Of a DNA stretch of 64,000 nucleotides, positions 1 to 9,900 are shown one piece after another. The translations under genes and the position numbers were made by a program. The notes under the pieces were generated by a model that saw only the letters and a program-made list of their open reading frames with translations, made no database searches and had not been told where the DNA came from. This stretch comes from Patescibacteria group bacterium (GTDB lineage Bacteria > Patescibacteriota > Patescibacteriia > JACRDY01). Location: positions 150,175 to 214,174 of the forward strand of contig JBAZFH010000001.1 in assembly GCA_041653535.1 (NCBI GenBank), in the 5' to 3' direction. Position 1 is the stretch's first letter. The number at the start of each line of letters is the position of its first letter.

Positions 1-285
1 ATTAAGCAAATACCGGCAGGGAAAGTGGCGACTTATAGCCAGATTGGGCAAAAACTGGGAAACCGGAGACTAGCAAGGGCGGTTGGCGCAGCTTTAAAAA
101 ACAATAAAAATTCTTTTGTTATTTGTCGTGACCGAAAAATAGCCGTTCCTTGTCACCGGGTAGTTTGTGCTACTGGTAAAATCGGTGGGTTTAATGAGGG
201 ATTAAAGAAAAAAAGACTACTTTTGCAAAAAGAAGGAGTTAAAGTTTTTGGCGGTCGAATTGATCTAAAGACGTTTGGCTGGTAA
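1..285 (+). CDS. ogt: methylated-DNA--protein-cysteine methyltransferase (MGMT/Ogt), 5' partial at window edge
   Basis: Frame is open from nt 1. The protein carries the conserved acceptor motif IAVPCHRVV and an MGMT-like C-terminal DNA-binding region. Confidence 0.8.
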   Translation: MKQIPAGKVATYSQIGQKLGNRRLARAVGAALKNNKNSFVICRDRKIAVPCHRVVCATGKIGGFNEGLKKKRLLLQKEGVKVFGGRIDLKTFGW

Positions 286-296
286 ATAGATAAAAT

Positions 297-331
297 ATAA
301 AACCCCCACGAGTTGTTTCGTGGGGGTTTTT
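297..331. terminator. bidirectional rho-independent terminator hairpin between convergent genes
   Basis: AAAACCCCCACGAG-ttgtt-TCGTGGGGGTTTT is a GC-rich 13-bp stem flanked by an A-run and a T-run. It sits between the ogt stop at 285 and the minus-strand stop at 338. Confidence 0.7.
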
Positions 332-337
332 GAATTA

Positions 338-1246
338 TTATTCTTCGGTCGTTGCGGCAGCAGCTTCTTGCCCTGCCTCTTTTTTGGTCAGCTGTTCTTG
401 CCTGCGTAAACGTGTCATCAGGGCAAGAAGGTCGATCAAAAACGTTTTTTGGGCGACGGTTTCGGCGTTGGTGGCTATGGTGCTGCGCGATCCACGAGTC
501 GACATTTTTCCTTGGTTGTAAGGAGCGAGAAGTTTGCCGAGTGCTCTATACAACTCACGGTCGTAGACGCCGAGAATCTCGATGCATTTTCCGATACGTT
601 CGACGATCGGCCAGTCTACCATGGCTTGTTCTCCTGGTCTTAAAAAGCGGAGCGCATCTTCGGTGACAGCTGTGATAGTCTTGGTGAAGAAGGGGAAAAG
701 GAGCTTGGTTGCTTCTTTTACTATTTTTCTATCGATACCCTTGTTCGGGTCGGCGATGCGAGCGAGAAAGGTTTTGGTTGCCAGGCGGATACCGCGATTG
801 ATGACAAAGTCGTTACTTGTGTCAATAGTAAATTTAATGGCGCGCAGCAGCGTTACTTTTCCGTTCCGTTGTCTTTCTGCGTCGGCATAAAGAACATACC
901 ACTCGAGTAGCTCTTCCCACATTCGATTGGAGGCATTTTTTTCAAGCTTTTGTAACTGGGAAATGATGTTTTCCAACCAGTCGGCAAGCCATTCGTCGAT
1001 TTTATATTCGTGTCCCTTGGAGCAGGTTTTGATCGTTTCCAGGCACTGGAGGCGGACTTCGGTGATAGAGTAGCTGGCAAAGATTTGTAATTGTTTCAAG
1101 GGAAAGTCTAAGAAAGAATCCTCTTTGGCGTCAGCCATGAGACTAGCAAATCGTTGCGAAGCTAAAAGTACTGGTGGCTCTTTTTCATTGAACTTTATTG
1201 GCATCTTGATTCTCCTTTGCCCTGGTGGGCGGTTGTCAGTGAACAC
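338..1246 (-). CDS. hypothetical protein (no recognisable family; Ala/Thr/Glu-rich C-terminal tail)
   Basis: 302-codon ORF convergent with ogt. An alternative start MPIKFNE lies at ~1204. No motifs recognised. Confidence 0.5.
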   Translation of the reverse strand: MFTDNRPPGQRRIKMPIKFNEKEPPVLLASQRFASLMADAKEDSFLDFPLKQLQIFASYSITEVRLQCLETIKTCSKGHEYKIDEWLADWLENIISQLQKLEKNASNRMWEELLEWYVLYADAERQRNGKVTLLRAIKFTIDTSNDFVINRGIRLATKTFLARIADPNKGIDRKIVKEATKLLFPFFTKTITAVTEDALRFLRPGEQAMVDWPIVERIGKCIEILGVYDRELYRALGKLLAPYNQGKMSTRGSRSTIATNAETVAQKTFLIDLLALMTRLRRQEQLTKKEAGQEAAAATTEE

Positions 1247-1307
1247 TGCCTGTTGGCAGCTATTTAACTTAACACTATGGGAAGGAATTGGTCAAGAAGG
1301 AGAAATT

Positions 1308-1344
1308 AGGAACTGGGAATTGGGATCTGGGAATTGGGAACTAG
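1308..1344. repeat. degenerate heptad array (GGAAYTG)n containing G3N4G3N4G3N4G3 quadruplex motif
   Basis: AGGAACTGGGAATTGGGATCTGGGAATTGGGAACTAG has a 7-nt period with 4-bp palindromes (AATT/GATC/CTAG). It lies ~45 nt upstream of the prfB ATG. Confidence 0.6.
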
Positions 1345-1391
1345 AAAATTGGCGGAGTTATTACTTTTTTGCTAAAATAAAGACAGTTTTT

Positions 1392-2498
1392 ATGAAAGAA
1401 GCAGAGCTAGCAAACCAAATTAAAGAGTTAAAAGACCGAGTAGAAAAAACTCGGAGTTTGATTAATTTGGATAAATCTAAAATTGAGATTAAACAGCTGG
1501 AGAGTCAAATGTCTGCACCGGATTTTTGGGCTGATCAGGATCGAGCCAAAACCGTTTCTCAGCGACTAGCGGCACTGGGCGCTGAAATCAAAAAATGGGA
1601 CGATTTGACGGCAGCGATAGAGGAGCTAGGAGAAATTGTTGGACTGGATCAAAAAGATCAGGAGGTCAGTTTGCGGGTTGAAACCGAAGAACGGCTCGCC
1701 GCGTTAGAAAAAGAATTTGTCGATATGGAATTTCTGGTTTTGTTTGATGGAAAATATGATACTGCCAATGCAGTGGTAGCGATTCACGCCCGCGCTGGTG
1801 GAGTGGACGCTCAAGACTGGGTAGAAATACTATTACGAATGTTGATGCGTTTTTGTGAAAATAAGGGTTTTGCTGTAAAAGTACTGAGTGAATCACGTGG
1901 TGCCGAAGCGGGGATCAAGAGCATTTTTTTTGAGGTTATTGGGCGTTACGCCTATGGTTATCTTAAATCAGAAAATGGCGTTCATCGCCTGGTGCGGATT
2001 TCTCCGTTTGACGCCGAAAAAATGCGTCACACCTCTTTTGCTTTAGTCGAAATAATACCGGAGCTAGAAGAGGTGGGTGATATCGAGATAAAAGATGAAG
2101 ATTTGCGGATTGATGTTTATCGCGCCGGTGGTCATGGTGGGCAAAGTGTTAATACCACCGACTCGGCAGTGCGGATTGTTCATCTGCCCACGGGTATCAC
2201 TGTTACTTGTCAAAATGAGCGCAGTCAGCGGCAAAACAAAGAAACCGCCATGAAAGTTTTAAAATCAAAATTACATCAGTACTACCAGACTGAAATTGAA
2301 GAAGAGCGTCAGGTGCTGCGCGGCGAGTTTACCGAGGCTGCTTGGGGTAATCAAGCCCGGTCTTACGTTATCCATCCGTATAAAATGGTCAAAGATCATC
2401 GGACTGGCTATGAAACATCTGACACTGATAGTGTTTTGAACGGGGATCTGCAACCGTTTGTGGAGAGCTATCTTAAACATCTAAAGAACGGAGTATAG
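1392..2498 (+). CDS. prfB: peptide chain release factor 2
   Basis: SPF tripeptide (RISPFDA), the GGQ motif (GGQSVNTTDSAVRIVHLPTGI) and an RF2-like N-terminal coiled region. The frame is continuous with no +1 frameshift site. Confidence 0.9.
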   Translation: MKEAELANQIKELKDRVEKTRSLINLDKSKIEIKQLESQMSAPDFWADQDRAKTVSQRLAALGAEIKKWDDLTAAIEELGEIVGLDQKDQEVSLRVETEERLAALEKEFVDMEFLVLFDGKYDTANAVVAIHARAGGVDAQDWVEILLRMLMRFCENKGFAVKVLSESRGAEAGIKSIFFEVIGRYAYGYLKSENGVHRLVRISPFDAEKMRHTSFALVEIIPELEEVGDIEIKDEDLRIDVYRAGGHGGQSVNTTDSAVRIVHLPTGITVTCQNERSQRQNKETAMKVLKSKLHQYYQTEIEEERQVLRGEFTEAAWGNQARSYVIHPYKMVKDHRTGYETSDTDSVLNGDLQPFVESYLKHLKNGV

Positions 2499-2559
2499 AG
2501 TATATAGGGGTCGGTGTTAATTCCCTACATACTATATACTCGCCTCTCTATACTAATTT

Positions 2560-3438
2560 ATGTCTTTCATCGGAGTTATTTTAGCGGTCGTTGCTTTATT
2601 TTCTTGGGGTTTTGGTGATTTTTTTATTCAAAAATCAGCCCGGTCTCTGGGCACTTGGCAGGCGCTATTTTTAATTTGTCTTTTTGGTGCCATATTTACT
2701 TTTCCTTTTGTAATTAGTGAGCTAGGTTATTTAAATCTTTGGAGCGTGCTTATTTTGCTTTTACTTTCCGTGGTTTTGACTTTTGCCGCGCTATTTGATT
2801 TTGAAGCTTTGAAACAAGGAAAATTAGCGGTTATAGAGCCGTTGATGGGGTTGGAGTTGCCTTTGACTGTGGCTTTAGGCGCGGTTTTGATAGGTGAAAA
2901 ATTAACCGTAATTCAGGCTTTATTGATTTTAGTTGTTTTTCTTGGCATCGTAATGGCGGCTACTGTTCATCACACTTATCTTTTTTACCACCGTAGGTTG
3001 CTGGAAAAAGGTGTCATATTTGCCGGTTTGGGCGCAATTACTATGGCGCTGTCTAATTTTTTAACCGGTGTAGGCAGCAGAAAGACTTCGGCTTTTATGT
3101 CGATGTGGTTTGTGGATGTTTTTTTGATGCTGGTTTGTTTGGTCTATTTGATTTATCGGCGTGAGCTCAAAGATTGTTTTGTAAAACTTAGTCGTAATAC
3201 CAAAGTAGTTCTTGGTCAATGCTTTTTTGATAATATTGCTTGGGTGGCATACGCCTGGTCTATGGTGCTCATACCTATTGGCGTGGCAACGGCAATCAGC
3301 GAAAGTTATATTGTTTTGACGGTTATGCTTGGTATCTTTGTTAATCATGAAAGGTTGAAAAATCATCAGATACTCGGCGCGGTAATGGCGGCAATCGGAG
3401 TAATATCGCTTTCATTGATAACAGCGACGGGATATTAG
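2560..3438 (+). CDS. EamA/DMT-family transporter (10-TM membrane protein)
   Basis: Highly hydrophobic 292 aa with repeated TM segments and an EamA-like duplicated architecture. Confidence 0.55.
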   Translation: MSFIGVILAVVALFSWGFGDFFIQKSARSLGTWQALFLICLFGAIFTFPFVISELGYLNLWSVLILLLLSVVLTFAALFDFEALKQGKLAVIEPLMGLELPLTVALGAVLIGEKLTVIQALLILVVFLGIVMAATVHHTYLFYHRRLLEKGVIFAGLGAITMALSNFLTGVGSRKTSAFMSMWFVDVFLMLVCLVYLIYRRELKDCFVKLSRNTKVVLGQCFFDNIAWVAYAWSMVLIPIGVATAISESYIVLTVMLGIFVNHERLKNHQILGAVMAAIGVISLSLITATGY

Positions 3439-3510
3439 AAAAGATAAAAATTAAGCACCAAAAAAAGCAGATAAAAGACATTTGATTTTAAAAAATTTTC
3501 ATTTAATTTT

Positions 3511-4440
3511 ATGCGTATTATTGTTACCGGCGGTGCCGGGTTTATCGGCTCGCACATTGTCGATCGACTGATTAAAGACGGTCATCATGTTACCGTGGTT
3601 GATGATTTGTCGACCGGTAAAAAGGCGAATCTTAATCCCAAGGCCAAATTTTATAAATTAAGCGTGACTAGCGATAAATTGTCGGCTGTCTGGCAAAAGG
3701 TAAAACCGCAGGCGGTTTTTCATCTGGCGGCGCAAATGAGCGTTCGTCATTCGGTTGAAAATCCTAAATTTGACGCTAGTGTTAATATTGTCGGCGCTAT
3801 TAATGTTTTGGAAAACTGCCGTAAATATGGAACAAAAAAGGTGATTTTTAGCTCCACAGGCGGGGCAATGTACGGTGAAGCGCCGCGCAGATTTATTCCT
3901 ACACGCGAAAGTTATCCGCCGCAACCGCAGTCGCCATACGGTATTGCCAAATATTCCGTTGAACATTATCTTGAATATTATTATGAAATATTCGGATTAC
4001 GTTACGTGGCGTTGCGGTTTTCCAACGTTTATGGCCCGCGACAAAACAGCCATGGCGAAGCTGGAGTAGTGGCAATATTTATCGATCGTTTGCTCCGGGG
4101 TAAGCAGCCGGTAATCAATGGTGTCGGTGTTCAGACCCGCGACTATGTTTATGTCAGTGACGTGGTTGACGCGGCGATGCTGGCAATGAAAAGAAGCAAA
4201 ATCGGCAGCTATAATATTAGCACTGCCAAAGAAACTAACGTTAATCAAATTTTTAACAAAATTACCAAAGCGCTGAAGACTAAAATCAGAGCCAAACATG
4301 GTTCGGCAAAAATCGGCGAGCAACGCCGGAGTTGTCTGAGTTATGATTTGGCGAGCAGAGATCTTGGTTGGAAACCGAAGATGAGGTTAGATGAAGGGAT
4401 AAAAAAGACAGCGGAATGGTTTAAAAATAATAATAAGTAA
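3511..4440 (+). CDS. NAD-dependent epimerase/dehydratase (UDP-sugar 4-epimerase-like SDR)
   Basis: N-terminal Rossmann motif VTGGAGFIGSH and the catalytic YxxxK (YGIAKYSVEHY). Confidence 0.8.
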   Translation: MRIIVTGGAGFIGSHIVDRLIKDGHHVTVVDDLSTGKKANLNPKAKFYKLSVTSDKLSAVWQKVKPQAVFHLAAQMSVRHSVENPKFDASVNIVGAINVLENCRKYGTKKVIFSSTGGAMYGEAPRRFIPTRESYPPQPQSPYGIAKYSVEHYLEYYYEIFGLRYVALRFSNVYGPRQNSHGEAGVVAIFIDRLLRGKQPVINGVGVQTRDYVYVSDVVDAAMLAMKRSKIGSYNISTAKETNVNQIFNKITKALKTKIRAKHGSAKIGEQRRSCLSYDLASRDLGWKPKMRLDEGIKKTAEWFKNNNK

Positions 4441-4477
4441 TAATAGTATCTTTTTTTTACGTATCTAGCGTTTATTT

Positions 4478-5035
4478 ATGTTAATCGTTAAACCAAGCAA
4501 AAAGGGAATTGATCAAGCAGTAAGATGGTTGCGTGCTGGCGGTGTTATTGTTTATCCCACAGATACGGCCTATGGTTTGGGTGGAGTGATTGGTAATCCG
4601 GCAGTAGTTCGCCGGGTATTGCGTATTAAAAAACGTCGAGACCGCAAATTTACCGTTGTTTGCGCCGATTTGAACCAGGCGAAAAAATTTTTTCGGTTGA
4701 ATAAGTTAGCTGCGCGGTTGGCAAAAAAATATTGGCCCGGTCCTTTGAGTATTGTTGTTAGTTCCAGCTTTTCGATTCGGGTTCCGGCTAATAAGCTAAC
4801 GCAAAAATTGGTTAAACTTGCCGGGCGACCGCTTATCGCCACTTCGGCTAATTTGTCGGGTAATGCCGCGCCTTATAGCGGCAGAGTAGTAATTAAAGAG
4901 TTTAAAAATCAAAAGAATCAGCCGGATTTAGTAATAAACTCCGGAAAACTAAAGAAAACTTCACCATCGACAATTGTTAAGATCAGGGGCGAAAAGATTG
5001 AGGTTTTGCGGCAGGGAAGTGTAAAAATATTATAA
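4478..5035 (+). CDS. tsaC: L-threonylcarbamoyladenylate synthase (YrdC/TsaC domain)
   Basis: YrdC-like motifs: VIVYPTDTAYGLGG, K..R....P....A. 185 aa single-domain form. Confidence 0.8.
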   Translation: MLIVKPSKKGIDQAVRWLRAGGVIVYPTDTAYGLGGVIGNPAVVRRVLRIKKRRDRKFTVVCADLNQAKKFFRLNKLAARLAKKYWPGPLSIVVSSSFSIRVPANKLTQKLVKLAGRPLIATSANLSGNAAPYSGRVVIKEFKNQKNQPDLVINSGKLKKTSPSTIVKIRGEKIEVLRQGSVKIL

Positions 5036-5036
5036 T

Positions 5037-5867
5037 ATGCTTTTGGAAAATACCCTTGATGTTTTAGAACACTACGGTATTCGTCCGCGTAAAGGCTATG
5101 GGCAGAATTTTTTAGTTGATCAAGAAGTTCTTGACGACATTGTTAATAGTGCTGATTTGAAAAAGAACGACAAGGTTTTGGAAATCGGTCCTGGTTTGGG
5201 GGTTTTGACGGAACGGTTGGCGGCGGACGCGGCAAAAATTTTGGCGATTGAAGCCGATCCGTTGATGCGTAAAATATTGGTGCCAAAGTTTAAAAAAATA
5301 TTAAACGTGGAAATAATGGCTGCTGATGCGCTGCAACTATCGTCAGGAGATATTAGTGAAAAGTTGGGCGATGATTACAAGATTGTAGCTAATTTGCCGT
5401 ACAATATTACGGGAAAATTTTTGCGTAAGTTTTTGACCATGTCGCCTTTGCCAAAAAGTTTGGTTTTGATGTTGCAAAAAGAGGTGGCGGAAAGAATCGT
5501 GGCACGAAGCGGAAAAATGAGTCTGCTGGCTGTTGCCGTGCAGATTTATGGCGAGCCAAAAATAGTTCGGGTGGTGGCTAGCGAGAGTTTTTACCCGCAG
5601 CCGGAGGTAAAGTCGGCAATAATAAAAATAGTCAGGCGACCGGAGGATTTTTTCGTTAAACAAGGGGTGGATGCCAAGAAATTTTGGCAGATAGTGCGCA
5701 TTGGTTTTTCTTCTCGACGCAAACAATTGCAAAACAATCTAAGTGCCGGTCTAAAAATAGAAAAAGATAAGATAATAAAGGTTTTAAATAAAGCTAAAAT
5801 AGCAGAAAAAGCTCGAGCGCAGGAGTTGTTCTTAAATGATTGGATTAGGTTGGTTAAAATGTTTTGA
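5037..5867 (+). CDS. rsmA: 16S rRNA (adenine1518/1519-N6)-dimethyltransferase
   Basis: GQNFLVD motif, the SAM-binding LEIGPGLGVLT and NLPYNI. Confidence 0.9.
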   Translation: MLLENTLDVLEHYGIRPRKGYGQNFLVDQEVLDDIVNSADLKKNDKVLEIGPGLGVLTERLAADAAKILAIEADPLMRKILVPKFKKILNVEIMAADALQLSSGDISEKLGDDYKIVANLPYNITGKFLRKFLTMSPLPKSLVLMLQKEVAERIVARSGKMSLLAVAVQIYGEPKIVRVVASESFYPQPEVKSAIIKIVRRPEDFFVKQGVDAKKFWQIVRIGFSSRRKQLQNNLSAGLKIEKDKIIKVLNKAKIAEKARAQELFLNDWIRLVKMF

Positions 5868-5892
5868 CATAGTTTGAAAAAGTTTGTATAAT
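5864..5892 (+). promoter_or_regulatory. consensus sigma70-type promoter TTGACA-N17-TATAAT
   Basis: Perfect hexamers with a 17-nt spacer overlap the rsmA stop, ~50 nt upstream of the 5942 gene. Confidence 0.5.
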
Positions 5893-5941
5893 TATCACAG
5901 TTTGGTAAGTCAAAAAACAGGTTACCCCACTTGTTTATTTA

Positions 5942-6901
5942 TTGTATATGCCACAAAAATTTTTAGTGGAAAAAAAAGACGATTACTCGGCTGGTACGGG
6001 CGATGAAATCCCTGTAGCATTGCCTTCTCAAAAAATCGGGGTTAAAAGCGACAAACGTTTTGTCACTCTGATAGTGGTGGTAGTGATAGCGACCATAATT
6101 TTAGGTTTATGGCAGATCAAGCGCAATGTTAGTTCTCCTTTTGAAGCGCTTTTGAGAAAAAGTCCGAAAGTTGATCTATCGGCTTTAAATAAAGATTCGA
6201 ATGAGGAAGCTAAAAAAACCGATACTGACGGCGATGGTTTAAACGACTGGGATGAAACCAATATTTATACCACTAGTATTTATCTCGCTGATACTGACAG
6301 TGACGGTATTGATGACGGAGTAGAAGTGTTGCAGGGTAAAAATCCTCTTTGTCCCGAAGGTCAGGATTGCAGTTTCGAAGAATCAATAAAAAGCGATACG
6401 CAAACAACAAATACTAACGATAGCCGCCCCGTCGGTATATCTACCGATGTTTCGGGAAGCGATTTATTGCAAGATAGTTTTGCTTCGGAAGAGGTTAACA
6501 GTCTTGGCTATACCGCCCAGCAAACCAAGGATTTGGCTGCTAAGCTTCGCGACGTACTGGTCGCTGACGGCGGTATGGACAGAGCGGCTCTTGATCAAAT
6601 ATCCGACGAAGAACTTTTGGCGCAGTTTTTGGAAGTAGCGAGGCAGGATAGCGGTACCGGAGCGACAGCTAATACTAACAGCCAGACAACAACTAACACC
6701 AATACCGCGGCTGCCAGTAGCGAAACCAAAGAGGTGAGCAAGGAGGATATGATCGCCGCGGTGGACACGATGGCCGGGACGGAATTGCGACGGCTGCTAC
6801 TCGAAAGCGGTCTTGATCAGGCAGTAATTGATAAAAGCAATGATGATACTTTGCGAAAACTATTAAAAGCGGTTCTAGAAGAACAGGCTGCCAAGGAATA
6901 A
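5942..6901 (+). CDS. membrane-anchored protein with DxDxDG Ca-binding (thrombospondin type-3-like) repeats
   Basis: Single TM (TLIVVVVIATIILGLW) followed by DTDGDGLNDWDE and DTDSDGIDDGVE motifs and an acidic low-complexity tail. Confidence 0.6.
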   Translation: MYMPQKFLVEKKDDYSAGTGDEIPVALPSQKIGVKSDKRFVTLIVVVVIATIILGLWQIKRNVSSPFEALLRKSPKVDLSALNKDSNEEAKKTDTDGDGLNDWDETNIYTTSIYLADTDSDGIDDGVEVLQGKNPLCPEGQDCSFEESIKSDTQTTNTNDSRPVGISTDVSGSDLLQDSFASEEVNSLGYTAQQTKDLAAKLRDVLVADGGMDRAALDQISDEELLAQFLEVARQDSGTGATANTNSQTTTNTNTAAASSETKEVSKEDMIAAVDTMAGTELRRLLLESGLDQAVIDKSNDDTLRKLLKAVLEEQAAKE

Positions 6902-6955
6902 TAATCGAGGCAAAAAAAGTTTTTATTTTTTGGTAAAATATAGTATAATAAGGCT

Positions 6956-9900
6956 ATGCAAAAAAAGGCGAACAAAGTAATTATTAGCTTATTGCTAGCG
7001 ATTTTTTGTTTGTTTTTATTTTTACCTTGGCATAGTATTTTAGCGCAAGATTTGGGTGGAGGAGAGGTTGTTTATGGACCGGAAAATAATCCTAACCCCA
7101 TAACTCCGGCAACACCGGCTGGTGCCGCAGTCATGGTTACTGATATTATTAACAATACGGCAGCGAATATTAAAGAGGTAATAACTTCAATAAGGCAAAA
7201 GATAGTGCAAGAATTGGAAGCTTCTTTGAAGTTTTCGTTGGTCAGTTCACTGGATCAAATGTCGCGGATGTTTGCTCACGAAGTAGCGCTTAAAGTTGCT
7301 CAGGGTCGCGACGGACTTCGGTCTTTCAAAGATGCCAGAACTTGGGAGCAAATCTGGACCGACACTTGGCAGTCGGGAGCCGGTGAATTTATCGGCACTT
7401 TTTCCGAAGACTTTTTTGGCGATTCCTCGATATTATGTAATCCCAATCCTTACGTCAGATTTTTTATTACTATTTCTTTGTTTGAAACAGAAGTACCTAC
7501 GCCAAAATGCGACTGGCGTGAAATTCAAGAAGCCTATACCGGTCTTGCCGAACAAAGCCCGAAAGAGTGGTTGTCGCGTTTACAGTCTTCTTTCGAACCG
7601 AATCAGAGCGATGCCGGCGCTTTTTTGATCGCTCTTGATGAGCTGGAAAAGGAAAAAAATAAAAAAATTGAAGCTAATTTTACTCCGCTGTCAGTGGATT
7701 TTTCCGGTCGCTATCTGGATAACACTAACGCCGGAAAATTTTTGACAGAAAGCAGAAAAGATCTGGAGTGGTTTGTCCAGACGTCTTTTGTCGACATGCC
7801 TAGGGATATAGCGGTTGGTAAAAGCCTTACCGCTATTACGGTTGGTTCGATTCTTGCTCCCGCCATTCAGCAGTTTTCTCAAACCTATATATCCGAAGTG
7901 ATGAAAACAGCCCTCAAAGATTTATGGGGACTGAAAGATCCTTGTGATATAAAAGATAAAAAAGGTCAGGCGGTGATTTCTTGGTGCGACGACGATGGCG
8001 CTCACGAGCAGGGTCCTCCGGGCGGTACGGGTACCGGTTATGCCGGCAGTTATAATCAGACAGAGCAAGAAGCGCAAAATACGCTATCTTCTCTTTTGGT
8101 AACCAAAGTTAGACTGGGCGGTGAATACGATATTGTCAGCGAGCTCGCGGCTTGTCCGAATCAATATCCAAATTTGAATAATTGTACTATTAACCAGGGT
8201 TTTGCTGACGCAATTTTTCAAGAAATGACTCTTCAGTCAGCCGTGGATCAGGGGTTGGTGGACGGCAATTGGGCTTTTGGTTATAGCTCCCCGCAGACCG
8301 GTCTGGAGCCCGGTCCGGATGACGGTATTTCTCAGAGCAATATCAAAAAATTGCGAAAATATAGAATCGTGCCAACCGGTTGGGAACTGGCGGCAAATTT
8401 GATTAAGCAAATTTCAGAAGAGCAAAAATCAAACAATACCAAATCTTTACGTTCACTAATGGAAGATTTTTATAAAACCGGTCCTAATAAAATTTGCGAC
8501 GGTTTTGCCGATGACGGCAGTTTAGTTGATTCAGAAGAAAGTCCGTTTTGCGGTCTGGTTGACCCGGAATGGGTGCTCAAAGCACCGCAACAAAAATGTA
8601 CCGCCCTTGCTTACGGACCGATTCATATTACCGGCGGGATGCGTCAGGAAGATTGCGCCAACACGGTAGATTGTATTTTGGAAAACGACGACGGCAGTTG
8701 TCGTTCTTGGGGACAATGTACGCGGGAACGCAATATTTGGTGGTTTGACGGTGATAGTTGTCCGGCGCAATATGATAGCTGTCAAGAATTTGCTCGCACC
8801 TCTGATAGTCAGAAATTTAGTTATCTTAAAAACAGTTTGCAATATACGCAGTGTAATTCTGCCAACGCCGGTTGCAAATGGTATGCCGTGCAAAAAGACG
8901 GTGATAATTGGCAGAAATCATCAGGTATTTATTTCGATCGTGATGTCGAAGAATGTAATGAATCAAATGCCGGTTGTAACGCGGTAATCCGCAGCTATTC
9001 CGGATCCGGTACCAACCTGGTAGTCAACGGCAGTTTTAGCGATTATTATATCGCCAATGACGGAGATGAAAAAAATTATCATTTTTACGATTGGACTTAT
9101 AATGGTAGTGGAAAATTGGTTCCAGAAGAAGGAGACGTGGCATCTAAAGGTTCTGTGATTATTCCTGCTGGCGGTCGGATCGAACAAAGTGTTGATGCCG
9201 GATATTACCTTGGCGGCAGGACGTTCATTATGGCTTTTGACGGTCAAAATTGCGGCAGTAACACGGCGATTCAGTTTGCCGCGGTCAATACTACTCTTGG
9301 AGCCATTGCCGCTGATGCGGATTTAACGCAGTGGAATTCTTATTCCATTACTTATACTTTCCCGGCAAATACCAGCGCTCACGTCATGGATTTTAAATTT
9401 TTATCGGTTTCCGATTCATGCCATTTTGACAATATCCAAATAGAGGAAGGTAAAATCAGCAGTGGTTATCGCGAATATGGTAATAATAATATTGCCTATC
9501 TAAAAATAGCTCCGGAATATTTAAACTGTGACGGTAGCGCTACAGAGCCTGGCGAATGCGATAATTACGCCCCGACATGTTCTGCCGATGATGTTGGTTG
9601 CCAAAATTATACCGATTTGTCGGACAGTACTGTTATTCCCGGTGTAGTAACCGACGAAGATTATTGTCCTGCTGAGTGCGCTGATTATAAAACCTACAAA
9701 CAAACAGCTTCCAATTTCTTTAAAGAAAAATTTCCCGTGTATTTTATTGCCAGCACCGCTACCAGCTGTTCGGCAAAACAATCTGGTTGTGAAGAATTTA
9801 CCAATTTAGACAATTTGGCTGCCGGCGGAGAGCAAAGGGAAGATTATTCATTTTTGCGCCGTTGTCAAAAACCGGCACCATTTAGCGGTGACTGCGAGTC

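Noticed and set aside
1392-2498. Programmed +1 frameshift in prfB
   Set aside because: The RF2 reading frame is continuous from MKEAEL through the SPF and GGQ motifs. No in-frame UGA or CUU-UGA-C shift site is present near codon ~25, so this is a non-frameshifting prfB.
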